NCBI GenBank assembly: GCA_038230375.1
Contig: JBBRNJ010000071.1
Span: 1-46,367 of the forward strand
DNA: 46,367 nucleotides
Reading direction: 5' to 3'
Origin: Polyangiales bacterium
GTDB taxonomy: Bacteria > Myxococcota_A > Polyangia > Polyangiales > Polyangiaceae
Under the pieces are notes generated by a model. That model was not told the DNA's origin. It saw nothing but the letters and a program-made list of their open reading frames with translations, and did no database searches. The position numbers and the translations under genes are program-made. Shown here one piece after another: positions 1 through 9,544 of the stretch (within the stretch, counting starts at the first letter, position 1; the number at the start of each line of letters is the position of its first letter).

Positions 1-2729
1 AGGAGCGACGGATCCGTCTCGCTTGCGCCGACGAGGAAGCCGGGGACGTTGATGCGCGAGCCGACCTTCGGGTTTGCGCGGTCCGTGAGGTCCACCTGGT
101 CCAGGTAGTACTTCACGACGCCCTGGGTGACGAGCTTGCCCGTCATGTTGTCCCAGACCGGATTCTGCAGCCACTCGTAGTGCGAGGTGTACAGCGTGTT
201 GCCGACCGCGCGAACGTTACCCCACCACCAGTCGTTCTGCGTGGTGACCTCGACGCCGGAGACCTTGGGGGCATCCGCGTTCGACATGTCCGCGACGTAG
301 AGGGTCTGGTCGCCCGTCTCCTTGCCGGTCTGCGGATCGTAGTTCCAGTGGACGCGACGGAACGCGAGCGCGTTGCCTTCGACCTGGACGATGTCCGAGC
401 TGTCCCACCAGTCGTACCAGTAGCAACCGTAGTAACCGCCGTAGCCGTACTGATCGACGACCGTGGGCAGCGTGAGCTTGCCGCGGAGCTTGGCGCCGCC
501 GTTGGACAGGTCGACGACCTGCACGACCTCGGACCAGGTCGACGTGTTCTGCGACTGCGTGTTGACCTGGCTCACGACGTACGCCATGTCGCCGTTGCGG
601 AAGATCTGCGCGTTCGTGCCGTTGATGTTCACGGTGATCGCGCTGGGGTTCGTGCTGCGCTCCTCTGCGTCGGAGATCGGGAGCACGCGGAGCTCGCTCT
701 TCGTGTTGTCGTAGCCCCACCAATCGGTGGAGAGCTGCGCGATGGTCGTGCCCGCGGGGTGTGCGTCGACGACGTTGCGCGCGAGCGTGAGCTCCGCGGT
801 GGTCTTCGGGTTCGCGTGGTCCGTGTAGTCCACCACGCTGAGGGCCATGTCGCTGAGCGACACGAGGCGGTTCTTCACGACAATGCCGCGCTCGACCCAG
901 CCCTTGGTGTGCGATGCGCCCTTGGCGGCGATCGACGTGGGCGTGAACTCGATGATCTGCAGCCCGTTCTGGTAGGCGTTGTTCGCCCAGCCGCTGAACG
1001 GAAGGACAACGAGGTTGTCGGTGGTGTCGAGCAGGAACGCCTTGAACGTGCCCGCGGCCGGCGTGTAGCCCCAGCCCTGACCAAAGTTCGCAGTGCCCAG
1101 GAGCGCGGGCTTCTTCGGGTCGTTGACGTCGATGTACTGGACGGAGATGTTGCCGCCGCTCTGGTAGTTGTTGCCGAGCGCGAAGATCTTCCCGCCCATC
1201 GGCGTGAAGTTCCAGACGTTGCCGTCGATCTTTGTCGAGCCCGCCATCACCGGCGCCTTCGGATCCGTGAGGTCGAAGATCTGGACCGGCGTGGTGCCGC
1301 TGTTGTCGTAGTAGCCGTTCGAGGGCGACAGGTAGAGGCGGTTCGTGTCGAAGCGGGCCGCCGCGGACCAGCCGGACGACGGGATGCTGATCTCGCTCGC
1401 GAGCGTGGGCGCCGTCGGCGCGTTGAAGTCGATCGTGCTGAGCACCATCGTGCTGTTCTGGCCACCGCAGTACCAGCCGCCGTTGTTGGCGCCGCACGTG
1501 AGGATGTGACCGATCTTCGTCGACTCGTTGTAGTCGAGGTTCCAGCGACCGCCGTCGGTGCCCCATCCCGTGAAGCTGCCGTTCACTTCGACGCTCGCCT
1601 GGACGGCGATCTTGCCGTTCGCGTCGCTGATGTCGAGGAACTCGACCTTGCTCTTGCCGGACGGCTGACCATACGGCTGCGACGGATCGAGCGGGATGTC
1701 GTGCGCAAGGAGGATGTCGTTCGCCGTGACGTTGAAGGCGCCCTGGAAACCCAGGTACTCCTTCGACGAGATGGTGACCGGCTTGGAGTTCGAGCTGAAG
1801 TTGACGCTCGACACGATCGTCTTCGGGCCAACCTGGGTCTTCGAGATCGGGTCCGCGTGGGAGAGGCCCGAGGTCCCGCCGGCGAGCGCGTTCGCGCGGT
1901 TCTTCGCCATCATCGCCTTCTGCGCGCGCATGGCGTTCGGGGTCATCTGCGCGCGGCGCGCATCGACAGTCGGCGCGTTCGCCTGCGTTGCGACATCACC
2001 ACCCGCTGCTCCACCCGAGGCCGGCGCTCCGCCCGAACCGGAGTTGGCGACGCCGCCACCACCGCCGTAGCCACCGCCGAACCAGCCGTACTCCCAGCCC
2101 TCGTCCTCGCTGACCAGGTACATCACGTGGCCGACGACGCGCGAGTCGCGAACCCAGCCCGGGATGCGCGCATCGCCGAGGCTCTTGATGTTCGCGGGGT
2201 CACGCGCATCAACCGTGCGGACGACGGAGCCGTAGAAGGGCTCACCGACGTCGTTCACGCCGTACCAGTCGCCAAGGATCATCGTCGCGACGCCGTTCTG
2301 CACGGTCATCTCGACGGGGCTTCCAAACACCGGGCTGCGTCCGAGGAGCTTCGGCGCGTCGACGTTGGTGACGTCGAAGACCATGAGGCCGCGGTACGAG
2401 TTCAGGTAGTAGAGGCGGTTGCCATCGAGACGGTAGATGTCCGTCTCCTCGACCGTGCGCATCTGGGACGCGCCCGTCTGGCCCTTGCCGCCCGTGGGGC
2501 CCGCATTGGGCGCCCCACCACCAGCGCCGTCGCTCGCGGCGCCGCCGAAGTTCCCACCGCGGCTCTGGCCGGCGGGTGGGGCAGAATGAAATTCAGATTG
2601 ACCTTCGACACGACCGTCGGCGGGACCGCCAGGGCCGGTTTGCGTACCGGCTCCGCAGCCCACAAGGGACGGCGCGAGCGCTGAGAGCATCGCGAGGGAG
2701 GTCAGACCAAGTATGGAGGAGATTCGCAT
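1..2729 (-). CDS. Secreted beta-propeller-domain lipoprotein (runs off the left edge; C-terminus missing)
   Basis: ATG at 2729 gives MRISSILGLTSLAMLSALAPSLVGC (lipobox), a Gly-rich linker, then RTVEETDIYRLDGNRLYYLNSYRGLMVFDVTN, typical of myxobacterial beta-propeller proteins. It is absent from the ORF track, consistent with the frame running off the window edge (spot-checked, not fully translated); the long + strand shadow ORF supports coding on the minus strand. Confidence 0.85.
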   Translation of the reverse strand, partial: MRISSILGLTSLAMLSALAPSLVGCGAGTQTGPGGPADGRVEGQSEFHSAPPAGQSRGGNFGGAASDGAGGGAPNAGPTGGKGQTGASQMRTVEETDIYRLDGNRLYYLNSYRGLMVFDVTNVDAPKLLGRSPVFGSPVEMTVQNGVATMILGDWYGVNDVGEPFYGSVVRTVDARDPANIKSLGDARIPGWVRDSRVVGHVMYLVSEDEGWEYGWFGGGYGGGGGVANSGSGGAPASGGAAGGDVATQANAPTVDARRAQMTPNAMRAQKAMMAKNRANALAGGTSGLSHADPISKTQVGPKTIVSSVNFSSNSKPVTISSKEYLGFQGAFNVTANDILLAHDIPLDPSQPYGQPSGKSKVEFLDISDANGKIAVQASVEVNGSFTGWGTDGGRWNLDYNESTKIGHILTCGANNGGWYCGGQNSTMVLSTIDFNAPTAPTLASEISIPSSGWSAAARFDTNRLYLSPSNGYYDNSGTTPVQIFDLTDPKAPVMAGSTKIDGNVWNFTPMGGKIFALGNNYQSGGNISVQYIDVNDPKKPALLGTANFGQGWGYTPAAGTFKAFLLDTTDNLVVLPFSGWANNAYQNGLQIIEFTPTSIAAKGASHTKGWVERGIVVKNRLVSLSDMALSVVDYTDHANPKTTAELTLARNVVDAHPAGTTIAQLSTDWWGYDNTKSELRVLPISDAEERSTNPSAITVNINGTNAQIFRNGDMAYVVSQVNTQSQNTSTWSEVVQVVDLSNGGAKLRGKLTLPTVVDQYGYGGYYGCYWYDWWDSSDIVQVEGNALAFRRVHWNYDPQTGKETGDQTLYVADMSNADAPKVSGVEVTTQNDWWWGNVRAVGNTLYTSHYEWLQNPVWDNMTGKLVTQGVVKYYLDQVDLTDRANPKVGSRINVPGFLVGASETDPSL

Positions 2730-2744
2730 GATGAACCTGCCTGA

Positions 2745-2760
2745 AGCAGGGAGCGTTCCA
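2745..2760 (-). promoter_or_regulatory. sigma54 (-24/-12) promoter candidate for the beta-propeller gene
   Basis: Minus strand reads TGGAACG-CTCC-CTGCT, i.e. GG-N10-GC, matching TGGCACG-N4-TTGCW, 15 nt before the ATG. Confidence 0.6.
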
Positions 2761-2824
2761 TCACTGGCCCACCTGGTCACACCACAATCCAGCTTGTTTT
2801 CAGCGGCTGTCGAAAGTTGTGCAA

Positions 2825-2880
2825 TGTGCCACGTGGCACAGACCCTGCCGTTCCGATCCGACTGTGGCAGACCGTGCCAC
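2825..2880. promoter_or_regulatory. Palindromic operator/enhancer sites
   Basis: Perfect 16-bp palindrome TGTGCCACGTGGCACA (2825-2840) and GTGGCA-N5-TGCCAC (2864-2880), 65-120 bp upstream of the sigma54 motif. Confidence 0.55.
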
Positions 2881-2883
2881 CTT

Positions 2884-3150
2884 TCAGGCGGGCACACCGG
2901 GCATGGCCATGCGCCGCGCCAGCTCGCCGGAGCGGTCCATGGCTGCGAGCTCGTCGGAGCCCCCGATGGCTTCTCCGTCGATGAAGATCTGCGGGACGGT
3001 CTTCATGCGCGTGGTCGCCACGAGCCACGCACGGCGCGCGGGATCGTTCGACACGTCGATCTCCTCGAAGGGAATGAGCCGCTTCTTCAGCAGGCTCTTC
3101 GCGCGGACACAATAGAAGCAGAACGTGGAGGTGTAGACCTGGACGCGCAT
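2884..3150 (-). CDS. grxC: Glutaredoxin 3-like
   Basis: CFYC active site, TVPQIFI and IGGSDEL motifs; 88 aa. Confidence 0.9.
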   Translation of the reverse strand: MRVQVYTSTFCFYCVRAKSLLKKRLIPFEEIDVSNDPARRAWLVATTRMKTVPQIFIDGEAIGGSDELAAMDRSGELARRMAMPGVPA

Positions 3151-3168
3151 GGCTTCATCGAATGTAAG

Positions 3169-4380
3169 TCACGCCGAGAACGAATCAACCAGGCGCGGCA
3201 CATCTCGGGCCGCAACACTGCATAGCGCCACGCGGAGCGATGTCTTCGAGGGCACCACGAAGACGCCCTTTTCCTTCATGCGGAGCGCCCGTGCAGGTGC
3301 GTCGTCTGCGAAGACCGTGACGAAGAAACCGCCCTCGTAGCGCGGGTAGCGAAGGCCCTTCGCGGAGGCGAGCTCGTTCCACACCTCCACACGGTTCTGC
3401 AGGAGCTGCTTCGCGCGGTCGCGCTCGTCCGCGCACGCCGCCGCGAGCTCCGGCTCTCGGAGCAGTCGCGTGATGGCAACGAGCCCTCCGCGGTTGCAGT
3501 TGGACCAGGTGCCGCGGCACGAGTAGGAGAGCGCGGCCGCAAGCGTCTTCTGAAGCTTCTCGTCCGGAGCGCATGCGACAAGCGCGCCCACGCGCAGGCC
3601 GTAGTGCGTGAACGTCTTGGATGCGCTCCATGCGAACGTGAGAAGCACCTTGCCGAGCAGCGGCGTGAGCTCCGACAGGAACGCGCGCGAATCGCCTGCG
3701 GCATACGCGAAATACGCCATGTCGACGAGCAGCGTGATGGGCGCCTCTTCTGCGTGCTTCGCGAGCACACGCACCACGCGCTGCCACTCACTCGCGCGCA
3801 TCGAATAGCCGGTGGGGTTGTGGCATGGGTCGTTGATGAAGACGAGCGCGCGGCCCTGCTTCGCGATCAGTGCGCCAAGCTCGCGATCGAGCGCATCGAC
3901 GTCCAGGTCCCCTGCCGAATCGAACATGTTGAACACGGCGAGGGTGCGGTCGGATTCGTCCGCGAGCGTCGTGTATGGGCCCCAGTAGTAGCTCGACGTG
4001 AGCATGGCCTGCCCGTGCTCGAGGAAGTTCGCCAGCGCAAGGCGCAGGGCGCCCGTTCCGCCCGGCGTGGCAACGGCGATAGCGCTCGCCCGCAGTGCCT
4101 CGTGTCCGCCGAACAGATCGTCGATCACCGCCTTCAAGAACGCGGGATCGCCGGCGAGCGGCGCGTACGCGGCCCACTCCTCCTGCGGGACATCACGCAC
4201 GGCACGCGCGGCCGAAGGGAGCACGAGCAGCTTGCCTTCGTCATCGAGCAGGGCGCCGACCGTCGCGTTCACGACGGCCTCTCCGCGCGCGCGTCGTTCG
4301 GTGGCCTCGCGGTTCAGCGCGAAGATGGGATCGTCCGACGGGCGGCTCTCGTGAGCGGGGATGACGAAGCGTTGGTTCAC
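3169..4380 (-). CDS. PLP-dependent aminotransferase class I/II
   Basis: PGGTGAL, DPCHNPTG, DMAY and SASKTFTHYGLRVG (PLP lysine motif). Confidence 0.9.
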   Translation of the reverse strand: MNQRFVIPAHESRPSDDPIFALNREATERRARGEAVVNATVGALLDDEGKLLVLPSAARAVRDVPQEEWAAYAPLAGDPAFLKAVIDDLFGGHEALRASAIAVATPGGTGALRLALANFLEHGQAMLTSSYYWGPYTTLADESDRTLAVFNMFDSAGDLDVDALDRELGALIAKQGRALVFINDPCHNPTGYSMRASEWQRVVRVLAKHAEEAPITLLVDMAYFAYAAGDSRAFLSELTPLLGKVLLTFAWSASKTFTHYGLRVGALVACAPDEKLQKTLAAALSYSCRGTWSNCNRGGLVAITRLLREPELAAACADERDRAKQLLQNRVEVWNELASAKGLRYPRYEGGFFVTVFADDAPARALRMKEKGVFVVPSKTSLRVALCSVAARDVPRLVDSFSA

Positions 4381-4550
4381 GCCATCTTTCTTGCCCGTTT
4401 TTTCGCGCGGCGTCCACGCCGCTTTCGCGCGCGTTGCATTCCCCGAGGCACCTCTCCAGATAGGTGCTGCCCGGCTACGTGGGATTCGTAGCCGGGCAGC
4501 TTGGGGTCACTGCGATAGGGGGTCGATGCAATTCTTCTGCGGGTAGAGCT

Positions 4551-5012
4551 TCAGTTCGGTGCGGGGGGAGGTCCACCCTTGCCACCACCCGGCGGGGGCG
4601 GAGGCGGGCACGGGCGGTCGTGATCGTTGTCACCGCGGGGACCGTCGCCGTCGTGGTCACCGTCGGGGCCGCCGTCACCCCTGGGAGGCGGTGGGGGCGG
4701 CGGGTTGCCGCTGCCGGGGGGAGGAGGCGGAGGCCCGTCAGCCTTGCCGCCGCCAGGGGGCGGGGGAGGCGGAGGCCCGCCGTCGGGAGGTCCGGCGTGA
4801 GGGCCGCCCTTGTCGAGATCATGGTCGCCGTCGCGGTCGCCATCGGGCGGCGGAGGGCAGCCGCGGTGACCGCCGTCCGCAGCGTTCGCGGAGGCGGCTG
4901 TGGCCAGATCCGACGAGGTCGATCCGGTCGAGTCGTTGCTGCTACAGCCGGTCGCGGCAAGGGCAAGCGCGAGGCCGGCAGCAAGGGGGAGAGTGGAGAG
5001 AAGCGTTCTCAT
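4551..5012 (-). CDS. Pro/Gly/Asp-rich lipoprotein
   Basis: Signal peptide ending ATGC, followed by low-complexity poly-Pro and DGDHD-like repeats; GGAG upstream of the ATG. Confidence 0.75.
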   Translation of the reverse strand: MRTLLSTLPLAAGLALALAATGCSSNDSTGSTSSDLATAASANAADGGHRGCPPPPDGDRDGDHDLDKGGPHAGPPDGGPPPPPPPGGGKADGPPPPPPGSGNPPPPPPPRGDGGPDGDHDGDGPRGDNDHDRPCPPPPPPGGGKGGPPPAPN

Positions 5013-5108
5013 CGGGGTATTGGCTCCTTCAGGTTTCAGGGGCCGGTCTCTCGCCCCACAACCCTCTAGTGCGTGCCCTCCGAAGAACGGATCACGACAG
5101 GCGATCTT

Positions 5109-5963
5109 TTACTTCGATTTGTTTTTCGAGAGCTCCGCCGTCCGCAGGTAGACCAGCTCGCCGCCCGTTCCGTTCGGCTCCTTGTAGGTTCCGCGCAGCC
5201 GAATTTCCTGGATCGTCCGGTCCTCTCGCGAGATGCGCATGCTTCCCGTGAGAGACAGTGTGCGGCCGCTCTCGGTTTGCACGTCGATGGAAGCCTCGAA
5301 GGTGCCATCTTCTTCCCCGAGCGCGCGCAAGGTCGCGCCACCGGCTGCGAGGTGCCACGTCCTCGGATTGAGCGCGCGTACGAGCGCGGGCGCCAGCGCA
5401 TCGACCCGCTCGCCGACCGCAAGCTCGCGATCGGGTAGCGCCGCATCCATCGCGCCGCGCATCCCGATGTCCGACACGGCAGCGAGCGCGAGATGCGAGA
5501 CCTCCGCCGACACCGGCCCGCCCGTCTCTTCTTCGACAGACAGTGGTTCGGCGCGCATGCGCAGCCGCTTTCCCTCGAGCGGCGTCGGCTTCGGCGCGAA
5601 GCGATAGTCGTCGTCCTGGCCATCCCATGCGTGGCGTTCGTTCTTGTGGAAGATGACGAACGCCTCCGTCACCGCGGAGTCCGCCGCGCCGCGCACGGCG
5701 AGCTCGTAGTCCGAGATGTAGCGCTCGCCCTCTGCAACGCCGTCGGCGCGGGTCATCCGGCTCAACGTGTCGGTCTGCACCCGGATGCGATCGCCCACCT
5801 CAGGTGGACGGTGCTTGAACGTGGACCGGTCCGTCGCAGTGGGCTTCACCGCGGTCGTCGCGACGTGCACGGGCCTCGTGTCAATCGCCGCAGGCGTCGC
5901 CGGAGGCTCTCTTCCGCCTCCGCAGGACCCGAGGACCAGCAGCGCCGCACACGCCCACCTCAT
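5109..5963 (-). CDS. Hypothetical lipoprotein
   Basis: Probable start MRWACAALLVLGSC (lipobox) inside the 376-aa ORF; beta-rich mature region. Confidence 0.7.
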   Translation of the reverse strand: MRWACAALLVLGSCGGGREPPATPAAIDTRPVHVATTAVKPTATDRSTFKHRPPEVGDRIRVQTDTLSRMTRADGVAEGERYISDYELAVRGAADSAVTEAFVIFHKNERHAWDGQDDDYRFAPKPTPLEGKRLRMRAEPLSVEEETGGPVSAEVSHLALAAVSDIGMRGAMDAALPDRELAVGERVDALAPALVRALNPRTWHLAAGGATLRALGEEDGTFEASIDVQTESGRTLSLTGSMRISREDRTIQEIRLRGTYKEPNGTGGELVYLRTAELSKNKSK

Positions 5964-6121
5964 CTTCAAGACTTTCCTTTGGGGCTCGTCCACATGTTCA
6001 TCAACGTTGGACCCGCCTCGCTCTGTCAGTTTGGCACGAACGACCGCATGCGCCTGCCACGTTGACCGGACCCTTGCATGAGCCTGCTTCAACGTGCCTG
6101 AAAATTGCGGGAAATTCCGGT

Positions 6122-6137
6122 CGGCACGGGCTATGCT
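6122..6137 (+). promoter_or_regulatory. sigma54 promoter candidate
   Basis: CGGCACG-GGCT-ATGCT (GG-N10-GC), 14 nt before the ATG at 6152. Confidence 0.6.
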
Positions 6138-6151
6138 CATCGACCGTCCGG

Positions 6152-7450
6152 ATGCCAATCCCCCTTCGTACCCACCTGCGGGTTTCCTGCGCAGCGCTTG
6201 TCGCGTTTGCGCTCTTCGCCGCTCTCGTTCTTGTTCCACGGGCCGCCTTCGCGCAGACCGTCTTGCTCCCGAGCGCGCCCACGAGCATCGTCAAGGTCAA
6301 CCCGAGCGGCGCGACCGTCGACCCGCGCACTGTCGGCACCCCCGACAACATCCGCGGAATCAGCCTCGGGGAATGCCTCGACGACGATCGCTACGTGATC
6401 CCGCTCAACCTCATGGGCTTCACCGCCAACATGAACCTCGAGGTCTGGGCGGGTCCTAGCGGCGCGGACTGCTCCGACAACGCACAGCGCGGAAACACGA
6501 GCGGCTCGCAGACATGCTGGAAGGTCGTGAGCGGAAACATCGCGCCCACGGCCAACCTGAACGTCACCGTGAAGATGCGCGACATCATCGCGTCGCCCAC
6601 CACGAAGAACCTCAACTACGTCGCTCAGGACAACACCGTCTGCGGCAAGATCGACTACGCCGTCTTCACCGTCTACATGCTGCTCACCAGCGGCGGAGCC
6701 ACGCAAGGCACCCCCGGCAAGCAAGACTTCCAGGCGGACACCATCGGCCCGGCCGCCGTCACCAACGTGAGCGTGGAACAGGGCGACACCCGTCTTCACG
6801 TGAGCTGGACCGCGCTGGGCAGCACCACCGACGAGGGCGGCACCACGACCGGAAGCACCACGACCACCGCCACGCAGGTCGCCATCTACTACCAGGAGGC
6901 CAGCACCGGCACCACGGCAGCGGACTCTGGCTTCACCTACGCATGCAACGACGCGAGCATCGTGGATGCGGGCGTCGACGACTCTGGCGACGCACAGACC
7001 ACCACGGTCGACGGTGGCTGTACGGCCATCCCGAAGGAGACCACCTCCTCGAGCGCGTGCACGGCGCCAGGGTTTCTTTCGACCGGCCCCGACAAGGACG
7101 TCTCCAAGCTCACGGTGAACGCCAACTCCAGCGACACCACGATCGGCGGACTCACGAACGGCACGTCGTACGCGGTCGCCGTGGTCGCGCAGGACGTCTT
7201 CCTGAACCCGGGCGAGATTTCCTCGCTCGAGTGCAAGGCGCCCGTGAAGCTGAACGACTTCTTCGCGACCTATCTCGGGGACGGCGGACAGGCCGGAGGC
7301 TCGTGCTCGCTCGACCTCCTGGGGGCGCCTGCGGGTGGCGCGTCGCTCGCGGTGATCGCCTTCAGCAGCATGCTCGCTCTCGCGCGTCGCCGCCGTCAGC
7401 GCGGAAAACCTCATCGCGCGCTCTCCCGCGAAGGACAGGATCAAGAATGA
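6152..7450 (+). CDS. Cys/Thr-rich FN3-like surface protein with a MYXO-CTERM-type tail (MXAN_2561-like)
   Basis: Signal peptide; FN3-like motifs (GDTRLHVSW, GLTNGTSYAVAVVAQD); C-terminal GGSCS, hydrophobic helix and RRRR. Confidence 0.8.
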   Translation: MPIPLRTHLRVSCAALVAFALFAALVLVPRAAFAQTVLLPSAPTSIVKVNPSGATVDPRTVGTPDNIRGISLGECLDDDRYVIPLNLMGFTANMNLEVWAGPSGADCSDNAQRGNTSGSQTCWKVVSGNIAPTANLNVTVKMRDIIASPTTKNLNYVAQDNTVCGKIDYAVFTVYMLLTSGGATQGTPGKQDFQADTIGPAAVTNVSVEQGDTRLHVSWTALGSTTDEGGTTTGSTTTTATQVAIYYQEASTGTTAADSGFTYACNDASIVDAGVDDSGDAQTTTVDGGCTAIPKETTSSSACTAPGFLSTGPDKDVSKLTVNANSSDTTIGGLTNGTSYAVAVVAQDVFLNPGEISSLECKAPVKLNDFFATYLGDGGQAGGSCSLDLLGAPAGGASLAVIAFSSMLALARRRRQRGKPHRALSREGQDQE

Positions 7451-8241
7451 AGCCCGTTGACCGCCGCATCTGGACCGCGCTCGCCGCGTTCGGAGCCTCC
7501 ACCATCGTTCTCGCCGGGCTCGCGCCGAAGGATGCGCTCGCATCCGAGCAGGACATCTTCAACGACGAGAAGCGGTCGAAGAAGTCGCCGCAGCACTTCG
7601 CTCTCGAGGTCCGCATCTCGCCTTTCTCGCCCGACATCGACAAGGAGTCGTCGCTCGGCGGAAAGACACCGTACAGGGACACGTTCGGAAAGATGAAGCG
7701 CGCGCTCGTCGGCTTCGAGTTCGACTACCAGGCCATTCGCATCCCGTGGGTCGGCACGCTGGGCCCCGGATTGAGTGCAAGCTACACGCAGATGACGGAC
7801 CACAGCTTCCAGCTGGACGGCACGCGCTCCAAGGAGAACACCGACCTCACGCTGTACCCCATGTACCTCGCCGCGGTCCTGCGCGCGGACGTCTTCTATC
7901 GCCAGTACCGCATCCCGGTGGTCCCGTACGCGAAGGCGGGCGTGGGCCTCACGTTCTGGGAGGCCTCCAACCCGGGAGGCACCTCCACGGCGAGCGACTC
8001 CGCGGGCAACAGCTTGAAGGGCCACGGGCACACCTGGGGCACGCAGTGGGCCGCGGGCGTCATGATCGCGCTCGACGCGCTCGACCCAGGCGCGTCCGTG
8101 AACATGGACAACGCGGTCGGTATCAACAGCACGTATCTCTACGGCGAGTACTACCTTGCGGCGATCAACGGGATCGCCCAGGACCATCCGCTCCTCGTCG
8201 GCACGGATACGTGGTGCGCGGGCCTCGCGTTCGAGTTCTGA
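7447..8241 (+). CDS. Outer-membrane beta-barrel protein (MXAN_2562-like)
   Basis: ATGA overlap with the upstream gene; signal peptide; amphipathic strands, VVPYAKAGVG and C-terminal GLAFEF beta-signal. Confidence 0.8.
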   Translation: MKPVDRRIWTALAAFGASTIVLAGLAPKDALASEQDIFNDEKRSKKSPQHFALEVRISPFSPDIDKESSLGGKTPYRDTFGKMKRALVGFEFDYQAIRIPWVGTLGPGLSASYTQMTDHSFQLDGTRSKENTDLTLYPMYLAAVLRADVFYRQYRIPVVPYAKAGVGLTFWEASNPGGTSTASDSAGNSLKGHGHTWGTQWAAGVMIALDALDPGASVNMDNAVGINSTYLYGEYYLAAINGIAQDHPLLVGTDTWCAGLAFEF

Positions 8242-8268
8242 GCTAGTTTTTCGCGGGTTTCGTGGTAC

Positions 8269-9483
8269 ATGGCGGGGATGGCCTCCGAGAACCCCCAGGA
8301 CACGTTCGCCGCCCTCTTCGAGCAAGGGGCACAGGCTGCTGCGCCCACCCGGAACAAGGTCCGCGTCGGGCAGCGCATCGAAGGGATCATCCTCGAGATC
8401 GGCAAGAGCACAGTCTTCGTGGAGCTCGACGGCAAGCGCGAGGCGATGCTCGACACCAGCGAGGTCACCGGCGACGACGGCATCGTCACCGTGAACGTTG
8501 GCGAGAAGATCCAGGCGCAGGTGCTCGAGGTGGATGACCAGCGCGGCATCGTGCGCCTGGGCAAGTCCGCAGGGCGACCCAACGATGCAGCGGGGCTCCT
8601 TCAGGCGAAGCAGAACGGCGTTGCGGTCGACGGCAAGGTCACCGGCGTCAACAAGGGCGGCCTGGACGTGGAGATGGGCGGCGTGCGCGCGTTCTGTCCC
8701 TCGTCGCAGGCGGGCGGTCGCGGCGAGGACGTGAGCGCGCTGGTCGGGCAGACGCTCCGCTTCCTGGTCACCGACGTGCGCGATGGCGGCCGCAACGTGG
8801 TCGTGTCGCGTCGCCAGCTGATGGAGCGTGAGGCGCGTGAGAACCAGAGCGCGCTTGCCTCGCAGATCGAGAAGGGCGCGCGGCTCAAGGGGACCATCAC
8901 GAGCGTGCGCGAGTTCGGCGCCTTCGTGGACCTTGGCGGCATCGAGGGGCTCATTCCCAAGAGCGAGATCGCGCACGAGCGAACCATGAATGTCGCCGAC
9001 GTGCTGAAGGCTGGCGAGAACGTCGAGGTCGTGGTCCTGGACATCAAGGAGACCGACGACCCGCGCACGCCGCGCAAGATCACGCTCTCGCTCAAGGCGC
9101 TCGTCGCCGCGCCAGAGCTGCCCGCCGATCTCAAGAACAAGGTCGTCGTTGGCGCCGTGGTCACGGGCAAGGTCGAGAAGATCGAGACGTTCGGCCTCTT
9201 CGTTCAGCTCGACGGAACGCAGGGTCGCGTGGGCCGCGGGCTCATCCCCAACGCGGAGACCGGCCTGCCCCGCGGCGCCGACCTGCGAAAGGCGTTCCCC
9301 GAAGGCACCGCGGTCACCGCGAAGATCCTGGAGACCGGCGACGGCCGCCTGCGCCTCTCCATCAAGGGAGCAAAAGATGCCGAAGAACGCTCGCACTTCG
9401 AGGACGTGAAGAGGGCGCAGAACACCCCGCAGTCGCTCGGCACCCTTGGCGACCTCATGAAGAAGTTCGCCGCCAAGAAGTGA
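8269..9483 (+). CDS. Multi-S1-domain RNA-binding protein (RpsA paralog)
   Basis: Four S1 repeats (GKVTGVNKGG, FGAFVDLGGIEGLI, FGLFVQL) and C-terminal LGTLGDL. The start may be 8278. Confidence 0.9.
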   Translation: MAGMASENPQDTFAALFEQGAQAAAPTRNKVRVGQRIEGIILEIGKSTVFVELDGKREAMLDTSEVTGDDGIVTVNVGEKIQAQVLEVDDQRGIVRLGKSAGRPNDAAGLLQAKQNGVAVDGKVTGVNKGGLDVEMGGVRAFCPSSQAGGRGEDVSALVGQTLRFLVTDVRDGGRNVVVSRRQLMEREARENQSALASQIEKGARLKGTITSVREFGAFVDLGGIEGLIPKSEIAHERTMNVADVLKAGENVEVVVLDIKETDDPRTPRKITLSLKALVAAPELPADLKNKVVVGAVVTGKVEKIETFGLFVQLDGTQGRVGRGLIPNAETGLPRGADLRKAFPEGTAVTAKILETGDGRLRLSIKGAKDAEERSHFEDVKRAQNTPQSLGTLGDLMKKFAAKK

Positions 9484-9486
9484 CGC

Positions 9487-9544
9487 GTCGAGGTCGAGGT
9501 CGAGGTCGAGGTCGAGGTCGAGGTCGAGGTCGAAGTCGAAGTCG
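9487..9544. repeat. Hexamer tandem repeat (GTCGAG)7(GTCGAA)2GTCG
   Basis: Read directly; it fills the gap between two convergent stop codons. Confidence 0.95.

Noticed and set aside
180..2684. 834-aa + strand ORF
   Set aside because: Antisense shadow of the minus-strand beta-propeller lipoprotein; R/V/D-rich with no motifs.
6514..7446. N-terminal extension of the 575-aa ORF, suggesting a fusion or frameshift
   Set aside because: Out-of-frame overlap with the FN3-like gene; the real start is the ATGA-coupled ATG at 7447, which gives a signal peptide.
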